From Amoebidium appalachense (lineage: Eukaryota > Protista > Ichthyosporea): a stretch of 64,000 nt of DNA. The notes under the pieces were generated by a model. The model saw only the letters and a list, made by a program, of their open reading frames with translations, searched no databases and had not been told where the DNA came from. Where the stretch lies: the NCBI GenBank assembly GCA_963693365.1, contig CAVNZM010000008.1, positions 4,240,310-4,304,309 of the forward strand. The letters are read 5' to 3'. A program made the translations under genes and the position numbers. Positions 43,981 through 57,464 of the stretch are shown in pieces. The first letter of the stretch is position 1. Each line of letters opens with the position of its first letter.

Positions 43981-44681
43981 CACCTCTGACACACATACAC
44001 ACCGTGCTACCTTTCCTAATCACTTTTAAACAACCAACTAACCGCCATGTTCATTTTTCTCCCCACAGGGTTGCTCTCTTTTCCATGGTTCCCGCACCAG
44101 CACCGCCTCAAATGGGCCCAGCACCCCCACCCATCTCCTACCGTCCCCCCTACCAACCCGATTCAGCCGCCCCCGCCTGCGCCGTGTGCAAGTCGGAATT
44201 TTCCGGATTTTTCCTGACGAGTCGTCGCCACCACTGCCGCGCTTGCCTGCGCGTCGTGTGCCAGTCATGTTCTGGAAAGAAGAAGAAGCTACCAGAACTC
44301 GGGTACAAAGAGGATGAAAGAGTGTGTGAGGAGTGTTTGAAGCAGACGCCACAGCTACCTGTTGCACCCGGCCCATACGGGGGAATTCCGGCCATGGGTC
44401 CCGGATATCCCATGCCCTATGGAGGGGGACCCATTGATCCTATGGCGAATAGACCCCCCTCTGGTGCTGGGGTTTATCCGTCTTTCACGACGTACGGCAC
44501 AAATGTCCCCCCACTACCTAATGGCGTGGCGGGGCAGGAGGGGTATTACCCGTCTATGTCCGGGCCGAGTGGGAGTTCCGAATCGAGTCAGGGTGGGTTC
44601 GGGTATGACCCGCATGCCCCTACCGACCCGCCCGAGTACCAGTCTGTTTATCCGGCGCTCCCTACGGGAGGCAAGCAGTAA
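40205..44681 (+). CDS. Arrestin-domain protein with FYVE zinc finger and PPxY tail, ~517 aa; exons 40205-40231, 40539-40618, 41137-41256, 41877-41971, 42247-42386, 42792-42984, 43316-43601, 44069-44681
   Basis: Phase-compatible GT-AG exons. Arrestin_N: [13 protein letters not shown]...[21 protein letters not shown]...VGYKIK. Arrestin_C: [11 protein letters not shown]...DVNNTS. FYVE: YQPDS..CAVC...[15 protein letters not shown]...RVCEEC. PPEY near the C-terminus. The first exon is least certain. Confidence 0.9.
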
Positions 44682-45358
44682 TGTGTGGTGCTTATGGCCA
44701 ACGATGTAACTTAGCATCTTTTTGCTTTGTTATGTTTTCATATTAATATGAAAACATGTTCAACGTGTTTGTGCATGAAGTTACAACCTGTGGGTTTTCG
44801 TGCATGCCCATACATTTGCATACCGCTTTTGACTATTTATTAGCTGTGTCTATATATGTGCACCGTAAAGGCTTCGAATGAATGCATTGTAAATTAGAAT
44901 GCAAAGTCAGTTCGGCACAGTAGATGCAGCAAGTTAAACAGTATCTTGTACACCAGCCAACTATTTGGACATGCCATTACAGTTGGGGATAGAAAAAAAT
45001 CGCTCGCAGACTACGGGTCCTAAACGTGAAACGTCCGAGGAGGGTACTGGCATCGATATGACGATTGGACCATCCCCCTCCCAGAACCCCCCCCCCCTCC
45101 CTCCCCCCCAAACAACCCAAGCCAACCCAACCTACCACCTTCCCGCCCACCACCACCACCACCACCACCACCGCGGTGCGCGCGCGTGTGCACAGATAAA
45201 AAACTATGATAATCAAATAAATAAATGCTGATGATTATTATTATGAAAAACTGAAAAACATAAAATAGAAAACAAAGGGAAAATAGAAAATAATTAACGC
45301 GCGCGCACACATAAAAATAATAAAAAAACTTGGTTGTACACGTGGATGTGTGTGTGTG

Positions 45359-45407
<49 letters not shown>

Positions 45408-45934
45408 GGGGGGGGGATGTCTGCAGGTGGGGGTGGGAGATGTGCAAAGAACTAACTTAAATCAAATGAGGCTGTAGCTGCTAATGACGTCGTATTACAT
45501 GGCTCAATACACTTCAGTTGGAGTAACTGCTTGGTTCATGCGGCCATATTGGTCAATATATGCATATGCATGCCGTTAACGTTCAACTTAGATGTGGAGG
45601 CCATGGGCTCAATTTTCTAGACCGAAATGCGGGCCCAGGCCACCCCTGTCCTGGACGTCGTCCAGCGTTTGGCAACAGCTGCAGCAGTAGTACTACCAAA
45701 TTTCCCCGGCAGTACCACGTCCTAGAACGGCAACATATGTGAATGCATAAATTATGTAGTGTTTGTACAAGTCATCAAAAGTGTATGAGGTCGATATTCT
45801 TTTGCGCAAACGGGAAAAAAAAAAAGTGTGGGATACTGCCTAGGCTTCCGGACCCTCCTCCCTTCCCCTCCCCTCCCCTTCCCCTCCCCTGGAGGCCTAG
45901 GACATCGATAATATCCATTCCGGGCCCCAAATAT

Positions 45935-46063
45935 TAAGCATTTTTGGATCTGAAATGGGGGGGTGGGCAGTAGTAAGTATTGAGGTCCCCTGGTGGTGGG
46001 TCCCCCCCCCCCCCCTCCCCCCCCCCCAAGGGGGGGGGGGTCCCACCTGCTCGAGGGGGTGGT

Positions 46064-46099
<36 letters not shown>

Positions 46100-47304
46100 C
46101 CCGCGGGAAATCCAACGGCCGCCGGCCGCGGCTGCGCACCCTCTCAAGAGCGGCTCGTCCCCCCTCCCCCCCCCCCTCCCCCCTCCCCTCCCCTCCCCCT
46201 CCCCTCCCCCTCTTCCTTCCCCCCTCTCATCCACTACCATCCCCAACATTAAGTTTGTACCAAGTCTTCTTCCCTATCTTTTAACCAAGGCTTCGAAATT
46301 TGACAAAGTTAGGGCAAATCTATCATGCACAACATGTCACTGGGAGTGTGCGTCTGCAATTTTTGTGCGGTGTAGACGTGGGACCGTGTGTATATGTGTC
46401 CTTAAGGTGGGTGGGCATTCGGCACTGCTAATCACGTGTGGTGACCTGACATTGTGCAAGTAAACGTCATGCCACATGTGCAAGCTGTGTGGACGCAATG
46501 CGTTTAGCATGTGCAAAATTACATGGCATTTCACGTGTGTGCTAGAGAAGAGGGTGTGTGCCCACGTGTGGGTGCCACTGTGCATGTGTGTCTCAGTGCG
46601 TGTTTGCCTGTGTGTGCGAGTGTGCATATGTGTGCGTGTGTTGTTTGTGTGTGTGTCAGTGAGTGATTGAGAAAGCTCCCAAATTCTCTGGCACAAATCT
46701 GCACGCCCGCATGTGCCTTCAGTGGCATGTGTGTCTGAATTGCCATAATATGTGTGTGTGTGTGTGAACGTTAACGGTTGTTTAATTGCAAATGATGAGC
46801 ATGCATGACGGCGCATGATGCCTGGATGGAATTGCGTCACTGAATAACCGGGGGGAGGGGGGGGGGGAGGGGGAGGGGGAGGGGGGGGGGGGAGGGGGAG
46901 GGGGGAGGGGGGAGGGGGGGTAGGGGGGATAGATAAAGAGCGAAAAAGAGGGCGCGGTGGTGGTGCCACGTGTGGTGGTGGTGGTGGTGGTGGGTTGGGG
47001 GGGGGGGGGGGGGGGGGGGGGGGGAATAAGGGGAAGCAGGTAGAGAGGAAAAAAGGATTTCAGAATGTGTGCCACGTGTGCGCGCGCGCATCATTATACA
47101 GAGAATATTATATTACCCTACGGCAGTCTGTGATCATGAGCGTATTGGAGAGGGTGCGCGCACGTGTGTGTGCCTGCGTGTGCAAGGGTGCTTGTAACTG
47201 TACATTGTCGAGAAAATCAGTGGTCATGAGCAACCAGTCATTGCGGTCTCTGTATGAGATCTAAAGGGGCGTAGAGAGGGGACCCCCACGGGCCAGCGGT
47301 CGTT

Positions 47305-47342
<38 letters not shown>

Positions 47343-47510
47343 ATGCCTAGCTAGTAAGCAGGTCCACTTTGACCCAGGGCCTGATACTTGATACTAATTA
47401 GTGGATGCAGAGAAGGTACCAATTCCAATATGTTTTTAAGTTGGTGTCCAATATACATACTAATATATTGGTCATATTTGGGTAGCCCCCCCCCCCGGGT
47501 ACGGTGGTGG

Positions 47511-47543
<33 letters not shown>

Positions 47544-47586
47544 CTTACTACTACCCCCTCCCCGTTTCAAAATCAAAAAAGCCTTA
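45935..47586. repeat. Degenerate inverted-repeat pair (45935-45978 / 47543-47586), possible old MITE-like element
   Basis: TAAGCATTTTTGGATCTGAAATGGGGGGGTGGGCAGTAGTAAGT vs reverse complement TAAGGCTTTTTTGATTTTGAAACGGGGAGGGGGTAGTAGTAAGT; outer GGAGGCCTAG (45891) / CTAGGCCTCC (47716). No target-site duplication identified. Confidence 0.35.
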
Positions 47587-47632
47587 GCTAGTCCCTCACC
47601 CACATCATGCATGGTCATGGCCATCGACATCC

Positions 47633-47689
<57 letters not shown>

Positions 47690-47825
47690 CACCTCCGCCC
47701 CACATCCCTCCCTAGCTAGGCCTCCTCCTGATACCCCTCGGAGCTCCACGATAGATAGATATAGGGCTCTCCAAGGGGCCCTTCCCCCCCCCCCCCCCCC
47801 CCCCCCCTCCTCCCCCCCCCTCCTC

Positions 47826-47858
<33 letters not shown>

Positions 47859-49182
47859 TTCTCCCCCCCCCCCCCCCCTCCTCCTCCCGGTTCCCCTCCC
47901 CCCCCCCCCCTCCCCCATCCCCACGCGCCGTGACGGACGCGCATACGTACGCACACTCGCACAAAAACAATTATAAACATAAGCATACTCACTTCCGCTT
48001 AAACGAACATTCAAAAATCGAAAGTCTGCTCAGTTTCACGTTGCCTTCTTACAACAGCCTTCTGTTTTTCAAAAGGGATGCTCGTTTGGCCCACGCCTAA
48101 TTTCCTGTGGAATCTCGCACTCAAGGACAAACTACATTTGATTGGTTACTTTTTCCCGATCAGTGAACTTTGTTTGTGCGTAGTGATTGGCTTGTGTGTT
48201 TGATTGGTTTATCTTGGCAATGAATCAGAATATGCTTTCCTCGAAAGTGTATACTACACGTTCGGAGCAATGCGGATATTATCGAAGGGATATGAACACT
48301 TTTCTTAGGTGTTCATTGTTGATGGTTTAATCTTTCAAACTCAATCGGGTTACGGTTTCTAACTTCAATATTTACAATGGTCTTATCTGTGTTGAGTTAA
48401 CTAAATAAAAAGTTCAAATAAAAGAGTGAGCAAACATGACCCTAGTAAGCTAGCAGGTTCGCACAACGATATAGATCCGGTACATAGTGGTACCCCACTC
48501 TACAGTCCTCGTAAATATCGCAGTGTTCAGACACTAACGAGCAGATTGGCATACCTATCTGCAATAGATCTTGAATCCAGATCCCACCCACATACCATTC
48601 TAAACCACACACGTTAGCGCTAAAAAAGCGGTTGTTCGTTTCACTCACACCGTCCCCACCTGTCCCCACCTCAAACATGGTGGTCGAAGTCGTTTAGATG
48701 AGACACTTCAGTGAGTAGAAAAAACAAGAAAACACGTAGTAGAGCGAGCATCTGTCTTTGAAGGTTGGGGAGATAGTGTGATGGAAGAGCTAAAACGGGA
48801 ACGCCTACCGAGAAATAAGTAGTTGGTTCACGTGCATCTAGGAAGTAGATGAGTTCCTTGTAGAACATACCAAGCAAAGCAACAACTAAGCATATCATAA
48901 GCCTACTCATTAAAATAGCTCTGTGTTTCTATTTGTTGCACGCAGGCCCGTTTGAAATAAATTTACTGGCTAATGCTCACTTCGCTCCACGCCTTTTTCA
49001 ATCCACTCTTCCTACATGCTAGCTTGGAGACTTTCTTGATTCCATAAGTCATTCACCATCGAGGCATTCATGCTTCCTGGAAATACAGCCTCACGAAGTC
49101 CTTGTTCAAACCAAGCCTGGCATAGCGCGTGAACCCTTCAAGCGCGTTCACCGCTTTAGAAAATCTGAGTCCGAGTGAAAGA

Positions 49183-49971
49183 ATGGCTTCATACTTGTCT
49201 TCTCTCTTCACTTCTTCGGGGGAGAGTAGCTTTTTCTCCCCACTTTCTTCTCCCTTTGCCTCACCTATGGTCATGCGCAAGCCCGCAAACACACCACCGG
49301 ATTCTGCCACAGACGAGGTGTGCGCCACGGCAGGTGTATGTGAGCCTTTGCACAAGCATTCAAGCAAACATGCATCCCCCTTGATAAACATCCCTACCGC
49401 CGAAGTCATATCTTGGAGCGCCCCCTCCACCCCCACAACATCATCCAGTCTTCTCAGTCCGCCATCATCCAGCGGAACTTTCGACTCGGTCTTTGACATT
49501 CGCTCGCGCGAGCTAACTGTTCGTAGACAGGACTCCACGGTGAGTGCTGATCATGCAAACTCACGCATCCGTCGTGTTAGAGTCGACTTGGAAAGGAATG
49601 TGGAGCACATGACTTACACGCGCGGCGAGTATGATAGAAGCGGAGGGAGAGCAGCCAAGCTTTCCCAGCGTGAAAAGGCAGACATACGGGCAGAGCTTAT
49701 TAGCTTCAAGCTGAACGAAATGGAGGTTCACCCAGACAGCAAACAATACCTTAACCTGTACAACAGGGCACGACGGGCTGTTAACCTAGCTACCCTGGAG
49801 GTTGTGAGACAGAGGGAAGAGGAGGAGAATCAGAGCACCTACAACGAGATTTTCTCCAACGTTGTTGATAGGGAGACGCTCATTGTGCAGGTCCAATTTG
49901 CGGATCTGAGTGTTGCACACGAAAACCCACGGCAAGGGGGCGGAATTCTCAAGGAGAGCATTGCTGTGTAA
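49183..49971 (+). CDS. Intronless Ser/Pro-rich protein with a Phactr/Bni4-type PP1-binding C-terminal module (262 aa)
   Basis: RRVRVDLERNVEHMTYTRGEYDRSGGRAAKLSQREKADIRAELISFKLNEMEVHPDSKQY resembles the Phactr C-terminus (YDRR...LT..[21 protein letters not shown].S). No RPEL motifs. Confidence 0.8.
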   Translation: MASYLSSLFTSSGESSFFSPLSSPFASPMVMRKPANTPPDSATDEVCATAGVCEPLHKHSSKHASPLINIPTAEVISWSAPSTPTTSSSLLSPPSSSGTFDSVFDIRSRELTVRRQDSTVSADHANSRIRRVRVDLERNVEHMTYTRGEYDRSGGRAAKLSQREKADIRAELISFKLNEMEVHPDSKQYLNLYNRARRAVNLATLEVVRQREEEENQSTYNEIFSNVVDRETLIVQVQFADLSVAHENPRQGGGILKESIAV

Positions 49972-52900
49972 AGCAAAGCCTTATATGTGAATCTAATTCA
50001 GACGGTTGACTTGTTCATCTCCAGAAGGGATTGCAAGGAACCGAAGCTTCCAGGAGCTCTTACGCACCAGCTGCAATACTAGTGAAGAACTGTGAATCGG
50101 TTGCAAATGCCGCTGATGGATTGAAGGAAGAATTAGACTGGAGGCCGATATGGGGGCGGGAGCTAGGCGCCCTCTTTCCTAGAACAAGAAGAATGCCGGT
50201 TTTGTCGCTAGTTATGTAGAGTATTCTTAAGAGAGGAATTTTTTCTATCTTCCACAGTCCATTTTAGTACCTACTCCCAGCTAAGTTAGTGTGTGCTGAT
50301 GATCCCACCGCACAACCGTTCTAGCTTTACGTGATAGCCATGCTCAAGCAGGGAATGCTTTTCGTACAAAAGGAAACAAATAGACGCTTTTTATATATAA
50401 TTATGCTGGATTAAGTCCAGCCCGTATCAAGGAACAACACTGGCATCATGTTGTATAACAGGGCACGCACTCCTTGCCCTTCAAAGGAGTGCAAAAAAAA
50501 AAATAACAAATGAACTCGGTCATACTTGCCTTCTTCGTCCGTGCAACTACATATGCGCATCTTACGAAGTCTTTTGTCTATCTGTGTAAGATCTGTATCA
50601 TGTTGTGCAGCATCTGTATCATGTTGTGCAGCATTATCGGCAGTAAGCTTGCTTGAGGGTGGCAAGATATCGTCCGAAGGACTATGGCACCTTGGGCAGA
50701 GGAAAGGGCACGCTTAACACAAATGCCTATGAGCAGGACAGGCAGACCAAAAATACATGAGGGGCACTGCCAAGGCCGGCTATTATTATACTAACACTAA
50801 TGTTAGTATATAGTGTCAGAACAAATTATGCAGATAATGATATCTCACTCTCTCCCACGTGCAATGCTATGATTTTGTGTTGAATATGATACGTGGCCTG
50901 GTTAATAAGTGCTTTAAAAAAAGGTCCCTGTGTGTGTCAATCGTAGTGCCGCTGATAGCATTCCGATGAGATATTGCCGCTCATATGACATCCAGGATTC
51001 GTGATCCCGCCTGTTCTATCATCCTGCGGATTGCATAACTGTTGATTGATTGGTTGGATACGCACCGCCTAGATTCCGGTGTCATCCACATCATCCGATG
51101 ATGGATTGCGTTAGGCTTGCACTGAGCCTGTACAAATAGCTACTGTCTGGACAGTAGTCTTCGGGTTCGACAGCCACACCGATTCAATACAAGTGTGCCG
51201 CCATTTGTAGGTCTGCCCCCGACACTTGTGATGGACAGTGTGTGTGTGCCGTCACACACACTTAGCAGCATTAGACAGCCTTGTGGATAAGCTTGATCAC
51301 CTTAGCTACGTTAGTACTAGTGTTAGGCTGCAAGTCACTAGCTGTCGTATTTGTGTGTTGTTGTAGTCGCGAGCCAGCGTGAGTTAATAAGAGCTTGGGT
51401 GACGACCCAATAGAACTGTGTAAAGACTTAGTCTGGGTGCCAGCCCCGTGTGTTTTAGATTAGTGAGACGAGAAAGATAGCTAGTTTAGTTGCCATCCTA
51501 GTAGCTAATGAGTGGAGTGCCGTCTCCGAAGATACAAGAGAGTAACACGGATAGTATAGTGTGAAAAGTTTTCTGACATATAGGAGGATATGGGCATGGT
51601 TAATGCTGTGTAAATTGGGTACACCAGCACAAATAACATACAAAAACTCCCTTCTCCCCCAACATTCCGCTGTGAAATTCCACACACCATGCTCACAACT
51701 CTGCTCACAACAGCCTTCAGTACAGATTCTATAGGGAGCATACGCCAAGCAGCGGCACCAGTCAGATCCTGAGCAGCACGTGGGAAACCTCCGAAACTCT
51801 CACAATAATTTCAAGGCATGTCTATCGTTTCTGTATCCCAAAGCCTTTTCAGGTTCCGAATCGTGTAAAACGGAACACAAGCTAGGCTCCCCTATTTTCT
51901 TGCATGTCAGGTTCGAATTCACGAAAGACCTAACGAACGTGAAGCTTTTGTCATGAGTGTTCAAGAGACGAGCTCCACAGCCTCTTGAATGAGAAAAAGG
52001 ACCAGTTTCACGTACATATTCACGTTCATAATGGGCACCTTACGTGCGTGGGCACAACTTGTATGTGTATATGTGTCATAAGTACACGGGACATGACGTC
52101 CACGGCCCTCATGATGTGCGTGCCCCTACCCCGCACGGCGCACATGATGTGCGTAGAGTCTATTCGATCATGGGCACATGCATGATCAGTCAGGCATGCA
52201 CATAATGCACATGTGTACATGTACACATACTTTGTAATATTTTGTGATTTCATCCTTGTGTTAACATGAATATCAGGTAAGCAAAAACTTCTAATATGTA
52301 CGGCACGGAAACATGGCATGCGCAAAGGTAAGTGCCTATCAAAACCTGTAAGTGACACACTTCTTCGAGACTGTGCGTGTTGCGCGCGCTGCACGCGCTG
52401 CGCCCGCGTCAGCGGCCAGTGTGCGGCTGTATTGATACAGGATCTACAAGATCAAAGGTTTTAAGATTCTCTGGCAAATCTCTCAATGATTGGCCCAGGA
52501 GATCTAGATCTAGATCCTCTGCTGCTGGCGTCAGACTCATGATCAGCGCCTGCCTGTCCGTGCCTGAGCGGAGGAGCTCCGAGCGCGTCCGTGCACGTGG
52601 GACCGTCACGGAGTACTACACTGAGTAGCCTACGCGCTTGCGTGCGCCGGGTGCGCGTGTGGATGTATACATGTACGTGGCGACAGGCTGACTCAGGCCT
52701 AGGCCTATTTGTAAAATTTTAGGCCTGTGCCGTTTGGCGGGTATGCATGCATGGGTGACTGCTTGGGCACAATCAGCTGCAGTGTCACTGAGTTGCATGA
52801 AGACTAACCTGTTTGTGTGTGTGTGTTAGTGCACATGTATGCGTGGTGCGTGCAAGTACTAGTGTACATGACGTGCGCGTGCTTGTGATGTGTATGTGTT

Positions 52901-52993
52901 CGAACGTTCATGCGTTATGCCACTGTCACTGTGTGACTGTTTACAGGTGTTTGTGCGTGTGTGTGTGCGTGCCAAAGGCTTCAGACCCGTAAG

Positions 52994-53036
52994 GCGTGCC
53001 CCTGCAAGGGGGCACGCAGAACCAAGAATTGGCTAG
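52994..53036 (+). mobile_element. Helitron-like 3' terminus (5' end not located)
   Basis: GC-rich hairpin GCGTGCCCC-TGCAAG-GGGGCACGC (52994-53017), 15-nt spacer, then CTAG (53033-53036) followed by T. Confidence 0.55.
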
Positions 53037-53332
53037 TATACTATATGGCAATTGTCAGTGATACTTTGCTCACACTTTTGAAGGCAACATCAAGGGGGAC
53101 GTAGGTGCATGGATTAGATTGGCTAAGCCGGCACCGCTTTACTCTAGGGAAACATTTTGACGTTCTTCGCCAATCAAAAGCTGCCAAGTTTGCCATCACT
53201 ATGACGTCACATTCCTGTGCGGATGGCCCAAAAAAACGACTCGGAAAAGGAAGACTGATTAACGGAAACAAAAAGGTCGTCTACATAGAGGATACACAGT
53301 GTTGTGACGGTTAGGCTACAATCTAGGCAAAG

Positions 53333-53873
53333 ATGGAGTCGTTACCTAAGGGGGCTCTGCCCTTCTTTGGCTTGGCGGCAGTAACAGTGTACGTCTTCGT
53401 CTGCCAGAGGCTTTTCAAGCAAGCAAATAAGCCCAAGCATTTTCCCATGTTTGTCCTTTTCATCTGTCTTGCAATCTTTGTTTTCGCTGCCTTTTCAGCT
53501 CAGAAAACCAATTTTCCGTCGCAGCTCTCAGCAACAAACACAGAGATTATTCAGCAGAAACTGCATCAAAGGGAACTCTGTCGCTCAGCTTTGAAACGAG
53601 GGGATGAAACAGGGGCGGAAGATGCCATTCTCGATAGCAGCCTTAGCAAGGAATTGGCAAGGAAGGGGAGGGAGCAGGGCCGTAAGAGTATGGCAAAGAT
53701 ATTCCAGAAGGTTTTCGAGCCCGTGGCTTTTGGCGCTTTTGGTGCCATGTATTCAGCAGTGCCCCTGTTTGTGGTCATTCTTGCGCTGCTCAACAAGAAC
53801 CTTGTAGGCGCCCCCCCTCCCCCCCTCCCCCCCCTCCCCCCCCCCCCCCGCCCCCTCCCCGTCCTCCCCCCTT

Positions 53874-53904
<31 letters not shown>

Positions 53905-54050
53905 ACAAACACACACACTATCGATCTATTCGTCTATACATCTATTTCTCCAAATTACTAATCCGTAAGATCCTAAAGTCATTAACGGCCACCAACTTCT
54001 TTTCTGCCATGCAGTTACATCGTTTCCTCCCGTTCCCATCTTTGCTATAC

Positions 54051-54081
<31 letters not shown>

Positions 54082-56058
54082 ACCCCCCACCCCCCCCCTT
54101 CCTCCGCTGTTAACGCGATTTTTCAATCACTTGTGGGTCGTCATTTTCTCAGTGTTTCACTGGGTTTTACGTCTTTGCTGTTCTGTTTCCCCATCCCTCT
54201 TGTGCCATTTCGGGCCCGAAAACCAGGAATTGTGCGTGCCGCCATGGTGGCAGGTTCATAGCATAGTAAAAAATGGTTCTCTGATGACCAACATCTTTTC
54301 GCCACACCAGCAGAAAATCCCACTACTCCTTCCCCGCCGCCCCCTCCTTTCCCTCAGATCCCTCTCCCCTCCCCCCGCTCCCCCCCCCTCCCCCCTCCCC
54401 CCCCCCTCCCCCCCAGACACACACACCCCTGTCTGGGTAAACTCACCTCAGATTCCCACTGACGATCTGCCCCCCCTCCCCTCTCCCCCCGGCGCCCGCC
54501 CCCCTCCCTCCTTTCAACGCCGCATCTCCCTTTCCTCCCCTCCCCTCCCCCTCCCCACCTCCCCCTCTCCTCCGGTCTCCTCGGCCTTCAACCCAACCCC
54601 CACTGGCCTCCCCCCCACCTCCCCCCCCCCCCCCCTCCCCCCCCCCCCCCCCCTGCCCCCCTCAAAACCCACTCCTTCTAAACACCACACACACAAACAC
54701 CCACACATATCCAAACCCCCCTCCCCCCTCCCCTCCCTCCCCCCAACACACACACACGTACCAGACGTGGCACTACCAGTCGCATCTTGAGACCGTCATG
54801 CCCATAGCCCTGCCCCTGACCGTTGCTGCCGGCATCATTACCTACATCGGTTTCTTTGGCATCATACAGCCCCTGCAGGCATGCAACCCCCCCCCCCCCC
54901 CCCTCCCCGCAGCAAAAAAAAAGAAAGAAAGGAAAAAAGAAAGAAAAACATACACCAGCACACGTGTCACACGGATGGTTGGAATTTCGGGTATGGTGCT
55001 CAAAACTTAAGAGACCCCCCTCCCACTCCCCCCTCCTCCCCCTCTCTCCCTCTCTCCCCCTTTCGCTGTCTCCCTCCCCCATCTTCCTTCAGAATGGGTT
55101 CATATAGTGTTGCATATTCTGTGTGTTCCTTCTTTGCATATCTGCATTACATTGTCCATTGTACGTTTTTTGCTTCTTACTGTGTGCCGCACTCAAACCC
55201 CCCCCCCCCCCCCCCCCCCCCCCCTCTTCAAACTGCAATAGGCGCTTCTTTCGTCCTTTACCCCCCTTTTTTGCCTTCTGCTGTTTCTCTCACCCCCCCC
55301 CCCCCCCCCTCCCCCCGCCCCGGGGTGTCCACCTTCCGGCTCTCCCTCTGCTCTCTCCTGCCCACCCACCCACTGTTCTCACCTCAGCCCAGACTCCTGC
55401 TCTCAGTTCTGGGTTTTTTTTTTATGCATCCCTTCCCGTCTATTTCTGGGTGCTCTCCCCCCCCCCCCCCTCCCCCCCACACACACATTCTCGCACCCAA
55501 ACCCCTCCCCCCCCCCCCTCCCCCCCCCCCCCCCCCCCCTCCCCGTTATTTTCTCCCGATGCTGATTCATCTTCAAAATTACACACGATATTGTATGTGA
55601 AGGAAGGTGTTAAATACCTGGAATTCTGTATATTATTTCCTACCGCATTTATCTGATCTTGAAAATTTCGCACTGTGTTTGATGATCCTACTTTAGTAGA
55701 CATTTACTCTTATAAGTACTAACCTATGCATATATGTGCAGTCGTCACGCTGCATCCGCACCAGTGGGCACTGGTACACGTACACTGTGACGTCATACTG
55801 GCTGTTGGTCGTGTCGGGGCACCTTTTGGTCCGCAACGTGACCCTGGCATCCATGTACCTCGTGTGGGTGGCCATATACCAGGTGTGTGTGTGGGGGGGG
55901 GGGGGGGGGGGGGGGGGGGGAGGGGGGAGGGGGAGGGGGGAACCGATGTGTGTGTGTGTGGAGGGGGGGGGGGGGGGGTGGGGGGGGGTGGGGAGAGGAT
56001 GGGTGAGTGTGTGGGTGTGTTTGGGGGCGGGAGGGGGGAGGTGTGTATTTGTGTGTGT

Positions 56059-56099
<41 letters not shown>

Positions 56100-57429
56100 T
56101 GTGTATGTGTGTGTGTGTTCGTGTGTGTCTTTTTTTTTGGGGGGGGGGGGGGGGGAGGGGGGAGGGCGGGGGAGATGGGTGTGTGGGGGGGGGATGGTGG
56201 GTGGGTTGGTGTTTGTGGGGGTAGGGGGGAGGGGGGGGGGGAGGGGGGGGGGGGGGGGGGGCGCAGTGGAGAGAGGATGAGTGACTGTGTGTGTTTATGT
56301 GTGTGGCGGGAGCGTGAGGGATGGGGGGGGGGGGGGGGGGGGAGGGGGATTGTAGGTGGGTGCGCGGGTGGCCATATTCCATTTGTTGTTGGGTGTGGGT
56401 AGAGGGAGGGGGGCTGGGAGAGGAAAGTGGTCGTGTGTGTGGATATGGGTATGGGTGTGTGTGTGGGTTGTCCTTATATAAGGTGTGCGCATGGCGGGCT
56501 GGATGGGTGGGTGTCTTAGCGGTCATATACCCGGTGGGTGGGTGGGAGTTTGTAAGTGTTGGGGGATGGGTGGGTGATTGAGTGGGTGGATAGCTGTGGG
56601 CGTGGGTAGGGTCATATTCAAGATATGGATAATTGTGCCTTTGCATGTTTATCTGTCCACCAAGCCCCCCCCCCCAAATAATAATATTAATAATAATAAT
56701 AATAATAATAATAAATAGAATAAAATAGATAAAAAAAACTCCATTCAGCTCTTGCTATATGTTGCAGGTTTTCACATTGTTTTATTCAACCCCCACTTAA
56801 ATCAAATTTTTTTCTATCCCCTCCCCCCCCCCCCCTGATCCCCCCTGACCCCCAAAATACACGCGCACCACATGCATACATATACACATACACCCATATA
56901 CCCCCCCCCCCCCCCCTCCCTCCCTCCCTCCCTCCCTCCCTCCCTCCCTCCCTCCCTCCCCTCAACACACGCGCGCACATAACCAATTTTAACACACACG
57001 CACACACACACAAAAAAATAAAAAATAAAAACACGTACTGGCACAGATGGTGAGCCTCCAGGTACTCACAACCACTCAGCTGTATTTCCACGATGAGCCA
57101 GAGGCCCTCGAAGGAATCATGTACGGGTGCATCGCCGTAATTTTTGAGAGCGGGGTTTTTTACGCCCTGGTGAAGAGCGTAGCTTGTACGGTCATTGAAA
57201 AACCCTGGTCGTTTGAGGAAATTTTGCAGATGCAGGGTTCGAAACCCGGGGGAGGAAACGAGGAGGAGGAGGAGGAGACAGGGGAGGAGGAGGGGCAGTC
57301 ACTAAAGAGGAACGACTCGTTCGAGGAAACTGGTAAGTGGTGGTGTCTGTTCCCCCCCCCCCCCCCCCCCCCCCCCCCCCGTTTTTACAATAGTTTATAG
57401 CCATTCCTGTCGCTTGTTTTGATTAACCA

Positions 57430-57464
<35 letters not shown>

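Noticed and set aside
48671-48910. 79-aa hydrophobic minus ORF
   Set aside because: Short, no recognisable motif; probably the UTR or promoter of the 49183 gene.
51905-51925. GGTTCGAAT B-box-like motif (tRNA/SINE)
   Set aside because: No A box or cloverleaf visible.
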